Shown: positions 9,930 through 19,663 of the stretch, in pieces
How positions within the stretch are numbered: the stretch's first letter is position 1
Layout of the letters: the number at the start of each line of letters is the position of its first letter
From: Nitrosopumilus sp.
GTDB taxonomy: Archaea; Thermoproteota; Nitrososphaeria; Nitrososphaerales; Nitrosopumilaceae
Assembly (NCBI GenBank): GCA_965205425.1
Contig: CBDBGZ010000002.1
Location: 1-55,019 of the forward strand
DNA: 55,019 bases
Direction of reading: 5' to 3'
The notes under the pieces: generated by a model
Seen by the model: only the letters and a program-made list of their open reading frames with translations
Database searches by the model: none
What the model was told of the DNA's origin: nothing
Translations under genes and position numbers: made by a program

Positions 9930-10265
9930 ATAGCAACATTAGCAGATTACCAAATAATTGGAGATAGTGCATCACTGGCAAAAATAGGGGAACAGTCATT
10001 TACAATAACATTTGTAGAAGATTCAGACTATACTCAAGGGGAAATTGTTACAAAAGGAGTAAAAATTACTACAAAAGAGATGTTTGAAGTTGATGGAAAT
10101 CATATTAACAAATTCCACACTACTCGTGTAGCAATCGTAAACAGATTCAAAAACGAAAAGTTACGTGAAGATGTTAACCAGAAACAAATTCCACTTGGAC
10201 CAGTCAAATGCATATCTGAAAAATCATCATCTGGGAAAAATTTTTTTAATCTAGTAGACGCATGA
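9930..10265 (+). CDS. Hypothetical protein, probably 111 aa from an ATA start (track ORF 10080-10265 is its C-terminal part)
   Basis: SD GGAGGTGA at 9916-9923; frame open from ATA 9930; in-frame stop at 9921. Confidence 0.6.
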   Translation: MATLADYQIIGDSASLAKIGEQSFTITFVEDSDYTQGEIVTKGVKITTKEMFEVDGNHINKFHTTRVAIVNRFKNEKLREDVNQKQIPLGPVKCISEKSSSGKNFFNLVDA

Positions 10266-10466
10266 TTAATGAATGTCTAGAAAGGTTTTCCACCTTCTCT
10301 TTATTTTGTTAAAGAAAAGGGAATAAAATGAAAACCAAATCTATTACGTCAATAATCTACTTAACCCTATTGTAATTTTAAAAAATGACGATGTTGATGA
10401 TAAGAATATTGTATGGGATTACTGCAAAGTAGTGAAAAGTATGTTTCCACACTAATGATTAAACAG

Positions 10467-10540
10467 TGCCGCGGGCGGGATTTGAACGCGCGACAGCCCG
10501 GTCTTCAGCCGAGTGCTCTCCCAGGCTGAGCTACCACGGC
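10467..10540 (-). tRNA. tRNA-Phe(GAA)
   Basis: GCCGTGGTAGCTCAGCCTGGGAGAGCACTCGGCTGAAGACCGGGCTGTCGCGCGTTCAAATCCCGCCCGCGGCA folds as a cloverleaf with GAA anticodon. Confidence 0.95.
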
Positions 10541-10584
10541 ACTTAGAAAAAAAGGATTATGATGAGGAATTAAAGTTTGTCTTT

Positions 10585-11121
10585 TTAGATCTTCCAAGGG
10601 ATATCGTCGATATTTTTCCGTTTATTGATCAATCTACCCATTACAAAAAACAAATCAGACAGTCGATTGAGATATTTGATGCAATTAGAGTTAATTTCAT
10701 CTTTTTCACTCAATTGAACAGTTTGAGATTCTGCTCGTCTGACTACAGTTCGAACATAATGTAATTTGGCAGCAGATGGATCTCCTCCAGGTAAAATAAA
10801 ATTAGTCAATGGAGGTAATTCTGATTCAAATTTATCAATATGTTGTTCCAATTTTTCTATCATTTCAAGAGAAACTCTATTTTTGACATCATTGAGATTT
10901 GGGTTGGATAGATCTGCCCCCACTAAAAAAAGGTCATTTTGAATCTCAGTTAAAATTTTAGTAATATCATCATCTAATGGTTCTGATAGAACGATACCCA
11001 GAGATGCATTAGCTTCATCTACCGTACCATATGAAACAATTCTTGGATGGGATTTGTCGATTCGGTAATTTCCTTGCAAGCCTGTACTTCCATCATCACC
11101 AGTTTTTGTGTATATTTTCAT
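10585..11121 (-). CDS. ATP:cob(I)alamin adenosyltransferase, PduO type
   Basis: KIYTKTGDDGST, RRAE and YLNRLSDLFF motifs. Confidence 0.95.
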   Translation of the reverse strand: MKIYTKTGDDGSTGLQGNYRIDKSHPRIVSYGTVDEANASLGIVLSEPLDDDITKILTEIQNDLFLVGADLSNPNLNDVKNRVSLEMIEKLEQHIDKFESELPPLTNFILPGGDPSAAKLHYVRTVVRRAESQTVQLSEKDEINSNCIKYLNRLSDLFFVMGRLINKRKNIDDIPWKI

Positions 11122-11172
11122 AATGTACTAATTTTGAAATAACTATTATGTGATTCGTAATGATAAAACATC

Positions 11173-11703
11173 ATGATAATAGATTTTTTCATAACTGCTG
11201 CTAATTTGAAAAAAATCCAAAGACAAGGGTGGATTGACAAATTAGATATAAAAAATCCTGAATCAGTAGCAGACCATTCGTATTCTATGGCAATGATGGG
11301 GATGATCATATCAGACATGGAAAATTACAATTCTGGAAAAATTCTTAAAATGATATTACTTCATGACTTGGCAGAATCAAAGATTGGGGATTATACACCA
11401 GGAGGAATTTCGAAGGAAAAGAAGATGGAATTAGAAAATGATGCATTTTCTAAAATTATAAAAAATTTACCCAGTAAAATAAAAACACAATATGAGATAT
11501 TATGGGATAATTATCAAAAACATAATTCATCAGAAGCCAAAATAGTACATCAACTAGACAAATTGGAGATGGCCCTTCAAGCTAAAATATATCAAAAAGA
11601 AGGTCATTCCAAAGAGAAATTAAATCTTTTTTTGAAATCTGCAGAAAATGAAATTACACATCCTAAATTAAAAGAATTATTTAGAAACATCATTGAAGAT
11701 TAA
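11173..11703 (+). CDS. HD-domain hydrolase (5'-deoxynucleotidase-like)
   Basis: RQGW, ESVADHS, HDLAE and DKLE motifs. Confidence 0.9.
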   Translation: MIIDFFITAANLKKIQRQGWIDKLDIKNPESVADHSYSMAMMGMIISDMENYNSGKILKMILLHDLAESKIGDYTPGGISKEKKMELENDAFSKIIKNLPSKIKTQYEILWDNYQKHNSSEAKIVHQLDKLEMALQAKIYQKEGHSKEKLNLFLKSAENEITHPKLKELFRNIIED

Positions 11704-11708
11704 AAGAT

Positions 11709-11933
11709 ATGGAAAATAATGAAAAAGACCAATTAATAGATGCACAAAAACAAGTGATTGGTATCTTGTTTGAAGTAATCAAAAGATTACAAGCAAATAA
11801 TGATTTAGATGAAGAGTATTTTCAAATACTATCTCAAGAGGTAAAAAACGATGTTCGCATTACTGAAATTCAAAATGAAAGAACAGAAAATGCAAAAATT
11901 GTCGGCAGATTATTAGAACAGTTAGAGAACTAA
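11709..11933 (+). CDS. Hypothetical protein
   Basis: ORF immediately after the HD gene. Confidence 0.7.
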   Translation: MENNEKDQLIDAQKQVIGILFEVIKRLQANNDLDEEYFQILSQEVKNDVRITEIQNERTENAKIVGRLLEQLEN

Positions 11934-12229
11934 TTCCCACAACTACAATCATCATCAGAAATAATTCTTAGATGAGCTGTTTGTTGATATTTATCTTGAA
12001 TATAATTAGCAAGATTTACAATTCGAACTCGAGGTTCTTTTGTTGTCCAATTACCCTCATTTTCAAACCAAAATTCTATTTCATCAAGATCATATCGTTC
12101 ACTTTGTTCAACTAAACCTTTGAAGATCAACTTAATTTCGTCAATTTCAGATTCAGATAGTTTTGATTTGTTTTCAACCATTGTTGTAATTTCGTTTAGT
12201 TTGATTATTACGGGATTGGTCAAAGGCAT
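11930..12229 (-). CDS. Hypothetical protein
   Basis: ORF track. Confidence 0.7.
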   Translation of the reverse strand: MPLTNPVIIKLNEITTMVENKSKLSESEIDEIKLIFKGLVEQSERYDLDEIEFWFENEGNWTTKEPRVRIVNLANYIQDKYQQTAHLRIISDDDCSCGN

Positions 12230-12302
12230 GTTTTTTCTAACTTTAAGATTCTATAACAATCTTTAGAGGAAAATTGTTATAACAATTAGGTATTTGTGAA
12301 TC

Positions 12303-12650
12303 ATGCAATATTTCCAGGCTTTGAAATTAGGTCAAAAAAGAGTTGCAGAAGCAAGAGAATATCTTAACACTTTAACAAATGGAAAAGCCATGCCAGCCTT
12401 AGCACTTGCAGATTCGAAATCCAATGTGTGGGCACCCGTAGGCGAGGAAAACATGTATGCATTTGTAGATGAATCCGCAGGGTTTGTTTTGACCGATAAT
12501 AGTGGATACATTCTTGCTCTAGTAGACAAAACGGGTTCATCAAAAACCATTGTCCAAGGAGTAACAAAACAACAAAAAGAGCTTTTGGAAGAATCCTTCA
12601 AAAAAGACAACATTCCAAAATTTGAAGGTAAAGTAATCTTACCTGTCTAG
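12303..12650 (+). CDS. Hypothetical protein
   Basis: ORF track; genome-typical codon use. Confidence 0.7.
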   Translation: MQYFQALKLGQKRVAEAREYLNTLTNGKAMPALALADSKSNVWAPVGEENMYAFVDESAGFVLTDNSGYILALVDKTGSSKTIVQGVTKQQKELLEESFKKDNIPKFEGKVILPV

Positions 12651-12701
12651 TCTCAAGAAAAAAACGTAAGCTTTAGTTATGATATAATATAGAATAAGAA
12701 A

Positions 12702-13925
12702 ATGAGCAAATTTTCTCAAGAAATTGAGGTTGGAGGACATTTAATTGATTCTTCAATTTTAACTAAGATCTTTGATAAAATAATGGACTTGCATGGAGAA
12801 TTTCAAGTTCAAGAAATTGAGATTGGTAAAAAGAAAAGAGATCAATCATTTGCACGATTATTAATTACAGGTAAAAATCAAAAACACCTAGATGAGATTT
12901 TAGAGATGGTTTATCGTTTAGGGGCCGTATCAAAGATTCAACAACAAATCACATTAAAAAAATCTCCAAAAAATTATGTAATGCCAGATAATTTTTACAG
13001 TACAACAAATAATCATACCCATGTATTTCATAAGGGAAAATGGATTCCTGTAGAAAATATGATGATGGACAAGTGTATTGTTGTCAAAGGCAATAGAGCA
13101 TTTTGTGTTCCAGTAAGAGATGTAAAAAAAGGTGATCAAATTATTGTGGGAGAAAAAGGTATCAAAATTACACCACCTGAACGTCCAAGAGAAGGAGTCA
13201 ATGTTTTTGAATTTATGGGAAGTTCAAGTTCCAGTGAGAGACCAACTCAGCATATTGCTAAAAAAGTAGCTGATGATATTTACAATACCAAAAAGAATGG
13301 GGGTAAAATCGTCATTGTAGGCGGTCCTGCAATAGTACATACGGGAGCAGATGATTCAGTTTCAGAATTAATCAGAGCGGGGTATATTGATGGAGTATTG
13401 GCAGGAAATGCATTAGCAGTTCATGATATTGAATATGCAACACTAGGTACATCTCTAGGAATGAATGTTCATGATGCCACTCTAGCATATCATGGTCATA
13501 GAAATCATATGGATACAATCAATGCAGTTTTCAAAGCAGGTTCAATTGCAAATATGGTAAAAACTAAAAAATTAACAAAAGGAATAATGTACGAATGTGT
13601 AAAAAATAAAGTGCCATTTGTATTAGCAGGATCCATTAGAGATGATGGACCATTACCAGATGTAATCACAGATGTTGCCCAAGCACAAAGAGAATACAAA
13701 AAAGTTCTAAAAGATGCAAGTATGGTAATAATGATTTCGACGATGTTGCACTCAATTGCAACAGGTAACATGTTACCTGCAAATGTCAAAGTAATTGTAG
13801 TAGATATTAGTCAACCAACAGTTACAAAACTCATGGATAGAGGAACATGGCAAGCCCTGGGAATTGTATCTGACGTAGGGGCATTCTTACCTATGGTTGC
13901 ACAGCAAATTAGAAAAAAGAAATAA
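12702..13925 (+). CDS. TIGR00300 / LOR-SDH-domain protein (ornithine cyclodeaminase-like)
   Basis: GHLIDS, FYSTTN, GNALAVHDIE and AGSIRDDGPLP motifs. Confidence 0.85.
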   Translation: MSKFSQEIEVGGHLIDSSILTKIFDKIMDLHGEFQVQEIEIGKKKRDQSFARLLITGKNQKHLDEILEMVYRLGAVSKIQQQITLKKSPKNYVMPDNFYSTTNNHTHVFHKGKWIPVENMMMDKCIVVKGNRAFCVPVRDVKKGDQIIVGEKGIKITPPERPREGVNVFEFMGSSSSSERPTQHIAKKVADDIYNTKKNGGKIVIVGGPAIVHTGADDSVSELIRAGYIDGVLAGNALAVHDIEYATLGTSLGMNVHDATLAYHGHRNHMDTINAVFKAGSIANMVKTKKLTKGIMYECVKNKVPFVLAGSIRDDGPLPDVITDVAQAQREYKKVLKDASMVIMISTMLHSIATGNMLPANVKVIVVDISQPTVTKLMDRGTWQALGIVSDVGAFLPMVAQQIRKKK

Positions 13926-14044
13926 TCAATGCATTAGTCTTGGATGCAACAATTGCAAACCATCTGTATTAAGATCAATTGGATGAATTTGTTCACTGTG
14001 TTTTATTCCACGCATTTTTGTGACTTGAATAGTTCTCTCCATAG
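13926..14044 (-). pseudogene. 3' remnant of a KaiC/RAD55-like ATPase gene
   Basis: ...MERTIQVTKMRGIKHSEQIHPIDLNTDGLQLL...stop resembles the KaiC-domain C-terminal KMRG motif; the 5' part is replaced by a MITE. Confidence 0.7.
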
Positions 14045-14046
14045 TA

Positions 14047-14178
14047 TAGCGAGAAGCATAAGTTCGTGAGTTATTTTTTAGGTGTTTCAATTTGTTTATT
14101 CGTATTTACCTATAGGTAAGATCAATTGATTTCTAGTTTTTTGAAATTATTTAGTTCATGAACTTTATCTTTTCGCTA
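14047..14178. mobile_element. MITE family A, copy 1 (IS630-like ends)
   Basis: Ends TAGCGAGAAGCATAAGTTC / GAACTTTATCTTTTCGCTA flanked by TA; similar to 14458-14588. Confidence 0.9.
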
Positions 14179-14180
14179 TA

Positions 14181-14994
14181 CAAATGCTTCAAAAAGAAAA
14201 TTTCCTAGGGGATTTAAATGAAGGACAAAAAGATGCAGTAGATGAAATTTATACATCAACAATTAGACTAGAAAAATTAATTGGGGATATTTTAACAACA
14301 CAAAAATTAGATTTAGGAAAATTAGTTTTTAATGAAGAAGACATCAATGTTTCAGATTTACTATATGGATTAATGAAAGAATTTGAACCAATTGCAGTTG
14401 AGAAAGAGATTTCAATTACTGCAAATTTCAACGAAGAGATTCAAATTTTTAGTGATATAGCGAGAAGCATATGTTCATGAACTATTTTCAAGGTGTTTCA
14501 ATTTGTTTATTCGTATTTACCTTAGGTAAAATCATCTAATCTCTAGTTTTTTGATGATTTTTAGTTCATGAACTTTATCTTTTCGCTATAGAGATAGAAT
14601 CAATCAAGTATTTTCCAATTTGATTAAAAATGCAATAGACTATGTTTCTCCAAATTCAGGATGTATAGAAATAGGAATGAAAGATGGTTTAAAGGATGTA
14701 GAATTTTTTGTTAAAGATAACGGGGTTGGAATTTCAAATGAGCATAAAAAGGAACTATTCAAAAAATTCTATCAAGTAGACACATCATCAAAGAGGAAAA
14801 AGGGAGGAAGTGGTTTAGGTTTAGCAATATGCAAAGGTATTGTCGAAGGCTTAGGGGGTAAAATCTGGGTTGAAAGTAAAGAAAATGTTGGCACAACATT
14901 CTTTTTTAAAATTCCAAAAAACCTATCAATTTATCCAAAAATAATAGATCAACTGAAAAACAAGAAATTAGCATTTAACTTTTACGTACAATAA
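14181..14994 (+). pseudogene. Sensor histidine kinase, 5'-truncated and split by a MITE
   Basis: End of HisKA plus HATPase (NLIKNA, DNGVG, GGSGLGL). Removing the MITE and one TA restores the frame SDRDRINQVFSNLIKNA. The H-box is missing. Confidence 0.9.
14458..14588. mobile_element. MITE family A, copy 2
   Basis: Same TIRs; TA duplication at 14456-14457 and 14589-14590 inside the kinase. Confidence 0.92.
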
Positions 14995-15047
14995 ATCCGG
15001 ATGAATGCTACGCTTATCTTAAATTAAAAAATAAACATTTTATTTTA

Positions 15048-16001
15048 TTGGACAAGAATAGGTATGGGCCTTATTCTCTAGGAGTAATGGTATTGTTAGG
15101 ATTAATTGTAAATCCTGCATTTGCAGAACTTACCACACTGAATGTTAATGAAAACTCATTTCTCAAAGGTGAACAAATATTATTTTCAGGAAGTGTTGAA
15201 AAAGGTGCATCAGGATTAGTGACAATTGTTATTAGAGATCTTGATGATAAATTTGTTTTACTAACACAGGCAATAATAAACCACGATGATACATTTGAAA
15301 AAAGTGTAAGAATTGAGAATAAATTTACAGAGTATGGAATGTACACAGCAAATGGATTTATTCGTAATATGACAGAAGGAATTTCAACTGAATTTATTGT
15401 TTCATTAAATACAGTCTCTAATGAAAGTATTACTGACATAAATGAAAATGAACAATTAGTTGAGGAATCATCACCAAAACAACCTGAGCCAATACCAATT
15501 GAAAGTAAATCTAACTATGCAAATTTTGTAGACCCTAGTAAGGAACCATCATATTATGTTGAAAGATACTATTCTGAAACAACATACAAGAGTTGGTTTG
15601 ATAGGAATTATCCAGGTCTTACAATAGAAGAAGCAGTTGGATATACAGACAATATAGAAGAAATAAAATCTACAGTTCAAGAGATAATTGATAACGATAT
15701 CATTCCAGAAGCACAGGCTTCATCAATTGTAGAGCCTGCTCAAAAAATTACAAATAATTCAGATATTGCCCAAATGTCATTAGCAATAGCAGCTTTAGGC
15801 ATACTATTCGGGGCAGTATATGGAGTAAAAAGACAAGTGGATAATAATTCAAGGCAGATTTCAATCAACAAAGATGTAATTCGGAAAAAAATTATCCATC
15901 CAATTATGGGTTCGTCCCCATTAGATATTCTTCAAATAAGACTTGCTAAAGGGGAAATATCATTAGAAGAATTTGAAGATTTAGAAAAAAAACTAAAATG
16001 A
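15048..16001 (+). CDS. Secreted/membrane-anchored protein with C-terminal SHOCT-like motif
   Basis: Signal peptide, transmembrane segment, and RLAKGEISLEEFE. Confidence 0.75.
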   Translation: MDKNRYGPYSLGVMVLLGLIVNPAFAELTTLNVNENSFLKGEQILFSGSVEKGASGLVTIVIRDLDDKFVLLTQAIINHDDTFEKSVRIENKFTEYGMYTANGFIRNMTEGISTEFIVSLNTVSNESITDINENEQLVEESSPKQPEPIPIESKSNYANFVDPSKEPSYYVERYYSETTYKSWFDRNYPGLTIEEAVGYTDNIEEIKSTVQEIIDNDIIPEAQASSIVEPAQKITNNSDIAQMSLAIAALGILFGAVYGVKRQVDNNSRQISINKDVIRKKIIHPIMGSSPLDILQIRLAKGEISLEEFEDLEKKLK

Positions 16002-16004
16002 ATT

Positions 16005-17375
16005 CTAATTAGGGATTTTTACATTATTTTTTAAAAGAAGCAATTCATCTACTGCATCTTTTTTTAACGCATCAAAGAATTTTTCAATCATTCCAAGACC
16101 TGCAACCACTTTAGGGGCATTCTGTTTAACAAATTCTAATTTATCAGAATGAGTTTTAGGTTTTTCAGATTGATAACACTCATAGACTTTGGAACCATCA
16201 TAATCTACATATGCAATTCTTGCACTAAAATCAGTTCTCTCTAGAACTAAGCTATCGCCACCTACTATTGCAGTATGATAAGGATGAACAATGAATGCTT
16301 CAGATAATTTTTGAGAAGTTCTAATCTTTGCTTTTTGTAATTCTGGAGCATATGCATTAAAATCAGCTAGCAAATAGAATGTTGCTTCAGGTTTTGTTGC
16401 TTTGACACCATCAATGGCAGTTAATGTATTGTAAGTATATTCACCCATAATTTTGTGAATATTTCTAGTAATTTCAAAATATTTATCCATCTCATGACTA
16501 ATTTCAAACCCAGGAATTGCAGCATGTTGTATTGGAGTTGATACTGCTGTGTATTCAGTTGCAAGTATTTTTTTAAATTGAGATTTAAGATCAGTTGCAT
16601 GTTGTGGGAAAATTACATATCCCAATCTATATCCCCCAGCTGCATGGGATTTTGATAATCCATTTGTTACAAAAGTTCCTTCAGGATAAATTTTTCCCAT
16701 ACTAACAAATTTAGAAAAGTCATAAGTTGTTTGGGCATAGATTTCATCAGAGATTACAGTAATGTTTAATTCTCTACATACATCTGCAATTTCTTCCAAC
16801 TCTAAACGATTGTATAGCAAACCTGTTGGATTATGAGGATTATTTAAGATCAATATTTTTTGTCTATCCTGCAATCTTAATGCAAGACGTCGAAGGTCAT
16901 TGGGTGCGATTTTTTTATTTGCGCGTGTTGGTAACATATGATAATTTTTCTTTAAAAATCTAATTTGAGGAAGATAACCTAGCCAAGCAGGAGTAGGTAG
17001 AATTACAGTTCCATGTAAAATTTCTAAAAGATTGAAAATTAATTCCTTTGTTCCTGGACCAACATAGATTCTATCAGGAGATACATCCATGTGGAAATAA
17101 TGTTTATTGTATTTTGAAATTGCATTTCTTAATTCAGGAATACCTGGAACGGGAGCATATTCTCCCTTGTTTACGTTTTTGATTAGTGCTTCCTGAATGA
17201 GTCGAGGTACAGGGAAAGGAGATTGGCCAAAGGCAAATCCATAGAATCCAAATCCACACTCAGGATGAGTACAATCCGAGTGGAATTCCTGAAGAAATGT
17301 GTTCAATTTTAGATTTTCAGGCATCTCAATATCTTCTACTTGTTGATCAACTACAAATCTCATGCCTGTTATCAA
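16005..17375 (-). CDS. PLP-dependent aminotransferase class I/II
   Basis: NNPHNPTG, SDEIY and GLSKSHAAGGYRLG motifs. Confidence 0.92.
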   Translation of the reverse strand: MITGMRFVVDQQVEDIEMPENLKLNTFLQEFHSDCTHPECGFGFYGFAFGQSPFPVPRLIQEALIKNVNKGEYAPVPGIPELRNAISKYNKHYFHMDVSPDRIYVGPGTKELIFNLLEILHGTVILPTPAWLGYLPQIRFLKKNYHMLPTRANKKIAPNDLRRLALRLQDRQKILILNNPHNPTGLLYNRLELEEIADVCRELNITVISDEIYAQTTYDFSKFVSMGKIYPEGTFVTNGLSKSHAAGGYRLGYVIFPQHATDLKSQFKKILATEYTAVSTPIQHAAIPGFEISHEMDKYFEITRNIHKIMGEYTYNTLTAIDGVKATKPEATFYLLADFNAYAPELQKAKIRTSQKLSEAFIVHPYHTAIVGGDSLVLERTDFSARIAYVDYDGSKVYECYQSEKPKTHSDKLEFVKQNAPKVVAGLGMIEKFFDALKKDAVDELLLLKNNVKIPN

Positions 17376-17431
17376 GAATTTTGATTATTACATAAAGCGT
17401 GAAATAGAAAAAATCAAAAAGTTAGTAAATG

Positions 17432-19378
17432 TTAACCAATTTTTGAAATTTCATCCAAAATTTGAGGGTTTTCTAATGAGGATAAATCGCCAAGATCTTG
17501 ACCCAAAAGTTTTGATTTTAACAATCTTCTCATAATTTTTCCAGTTCTAGTTTTTGGCAAATCAGGCAATTGGAAAACAAATTTAGGTTTTGCAACTTTG
17601 CCAATTTTTTTACTGATGTAATCAGATATTTCAGATTCTAAATTCACATCATTCTTCTTATCTGAAACAAAAAAAACAACTATTGCTTCACCTGTGAGTT
17701 CATCAGGGATTGCAATTGATGCAGCATCAGATATTTTATTATGGGAAATAACTGCATGTTCAATTTCTGCAGTACTCATTCTATGACCAGATACATTAAT
17801 GACATCATCAGTTCTTCCACGCATATACCATAAATTATCATCATCTACATAGACATAATCACCATGAAACCAAATATTTTTAAATTTAGACCAGTATGTA
17901 TCAAAATATCGTTCATCATCATTTAGTAATCCACGAGTCATTGCAGGCCAAGGGGATTTTATTACTAGATAACCATTTTGTGTTCTAATAGAATTTTTAT
18001 CATCATCAATGACATCCAAATTCATTCCAGGTACAGGTATTCCAACAGTAGAGGGTTTTAATTTCATTCCAGGGAAAACAGAAAGCATTGCACCACCAAT
18101 TTCAGTACCACCAGATAAATTTATTATTGGAATTTTTTTGTTTCCAACTTTTTCATAAAGCCACCACCAAGAATCTTCATCTAATGGTTCTCCAGTTGTA
18201 GGAATATTTTTGATTTTATCTAATGGAAATAATTTTAATGGTTCAACATTATTTTTCTTAAACAATCTTACAGCAGTTGGGGAAATTCCAAAAATTGTAG
18301 CTTGGTAATTAGAGAGCATTTTCCAAAGTCTGTCATATTTAGGGAAATCCAATCCGCCGTCATAAATTACAGCACTAGCACCCATTATCAAAAGCCCATA
18401 AACATTCCAAACTAATCCTGTAATCCATCCAATATCAGCAGGCCAAAATAGTATATCTTGTGCCTGAGTATCAATCAAATATGCAGCCTGATGACCTGCA
18501 AATACAGAAAAACCGCCATGAGTATGAACTACTCCTTTAGGCTTTCCAGTTGTGCCAGAAGTATACAAAATAAACAAAGGATCTTCAGAGTTTAAAATTT
18601 CAGTATTGCAAATATTGTTTTGAGATGACATTAGTTCATCATAAAAAACAAGTTGTTCAGATTTTTCATATCTATCAACTCCCTTGTAGGGAATGACAAT
18701 AATTTTTTCTATAGAAGTATTTTTAATTGCAACATCAACTGAATTTTTTTGTGAAACAGGTTTACCTTTTCTGTGAAATCCATCTGAAATTAAAAGAATC
18801 TTAGCATTACAATCTTGCAATCTAACATGTAGTGATTCAGAACTATATCCCGAAAAAATCACGGTTTGAATTGCTCCAATTTTAGCAGCTGCAAGTATTG
18901 AAATTATTGCCTCTTCAATCATGGGTAAATAAATTGCAACAACATCACCTTTTTTTACACCCAATGATTTTAGTCCATTTGCAAGCTTAGATACTTTAGA
19001 ATCTAGTTCAAAATAGGAGATTTTTAATTTTACTCCATCTTCGGATTCAAAATAATATGCAGTTTTATCAGGAGTTAATTTAACATATTTTTCAACAGAT
19101 GATTTGTAGATGTTTGTTTTACCATCAACAAACCATGTAGTCCAGGCAATTCCTTTGGAAGTATCTAAAATTTTTGAATAAGGCGCATCCCAGACAATAC
19201 CAAGATCATCATCAACTGATTTCCAAAACCATTCTAAATCATTTTTAGATTTTTTAGATAATTCTTCTAATGAGGATATGTTATGTTTTTGCATAAATTT
19301 GTAAATATTCGATTCTTGGATTTGTTTTTCAGATGGAATAAACTCAAAATTAGACAAAAGATAACTTTTCAGTTTCAT
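17432..19378 (-). CDS. AMP-forming acyl-CoA synthetase (acetate-CoA ligase-like)
   Basis: YTSGTTGKPKG, GRTDDVINVSGHR and PKTRTGKIMRR motifs. Confidence 0.92.
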   Translation of the reverse strand: MKLKSYLLSNFEFIPSEKQIQESNIYKFMQKHNISSLEELSKKSKNDLEWFWKSVDDDLGIVWDAPYSKILDTSKGIAWTTWFVDGKTNIYKSSVEKYVKLTPDKTAYYFESEDGVKLKISYFELDSKVSKLANGLKSLGVKKGDVVAIYLPMIEEAIISILAAAKIGAIQTVIFSGYSSESLHVRLQDCNAKILLISDGFHRKGKPVSQKNSVDVAIKNTSIEKIIVIPYKGVDRYEKSEQLVFYDELMSSQNNICNTEILNSEDPLFILYTSGTTGKPKGVVHTHGGFSVFAGHQAAYLIDTQAQDILFWPADIGWITGLVWNVYGLLIMGASAVIYDGGLDFPKYDRLWKMLSNYQATIFGISPTAVRLFKKNNVEPLKLFPLDKIKNIPTTGEPLDEDSWWWLYEKVGNKKIPIINLSGGTEIGGAMLSVFPGMKLKPSTVGIPVPGMNLDVIDDDKNSIRTQNGYLVIKSPWPAMTRGLLNDDERYFDTYWSKFKNIWFHGDYVYVDDDNLWYMRGRTDDVINVSGHRMSTAEIEHAVISHNKISDAASIAIPDELTGEAIVVFFVSDKKNDVNLESEISDYISKKIGKVAKPKFVFQLPDLPKTRTGKIMRRLLKSKLLGQDLGDLSSLENPQILDEISKIG

Positions 19379-19399
19379 TAAAGGTAAAAAGATTTTTTG

Positions 19400-19663
19400 T
19401 TATGAAATATCAATACCCAAACGTCTTGCACATGCTATAGCTGCTTTGCCTGCATCTTCATCAATACCCACATCAACTAATTTTTTAGTCCAACCAGTTT
19501 GTGTGCCCATGGTATTTTCACGATAGTATTCTCTCAAAATTATGCCTATTTCTGCATCTAATTTACGCCTGGTTGCATCATTCATACCTGCTTGAAGAAT
19601 TGTAGCATCAGATGTTGCTAAAATTTTGATAAATTCTATATTTTCTAAAGAAAGTTCAGCCAT
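19400..19663 (-). CDS. Hypothetical protein
   Basis: Coupled to the gatB stop codon. Confidence 0.75.
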   Translation of the reverse strand: MAELSLENIEFIKILATSDATILQAGMNDATRRKLDAEIGIILREYYRENTMGTQTGWTKKLVDVGIDEDAGKAAIACARRLGIDIS

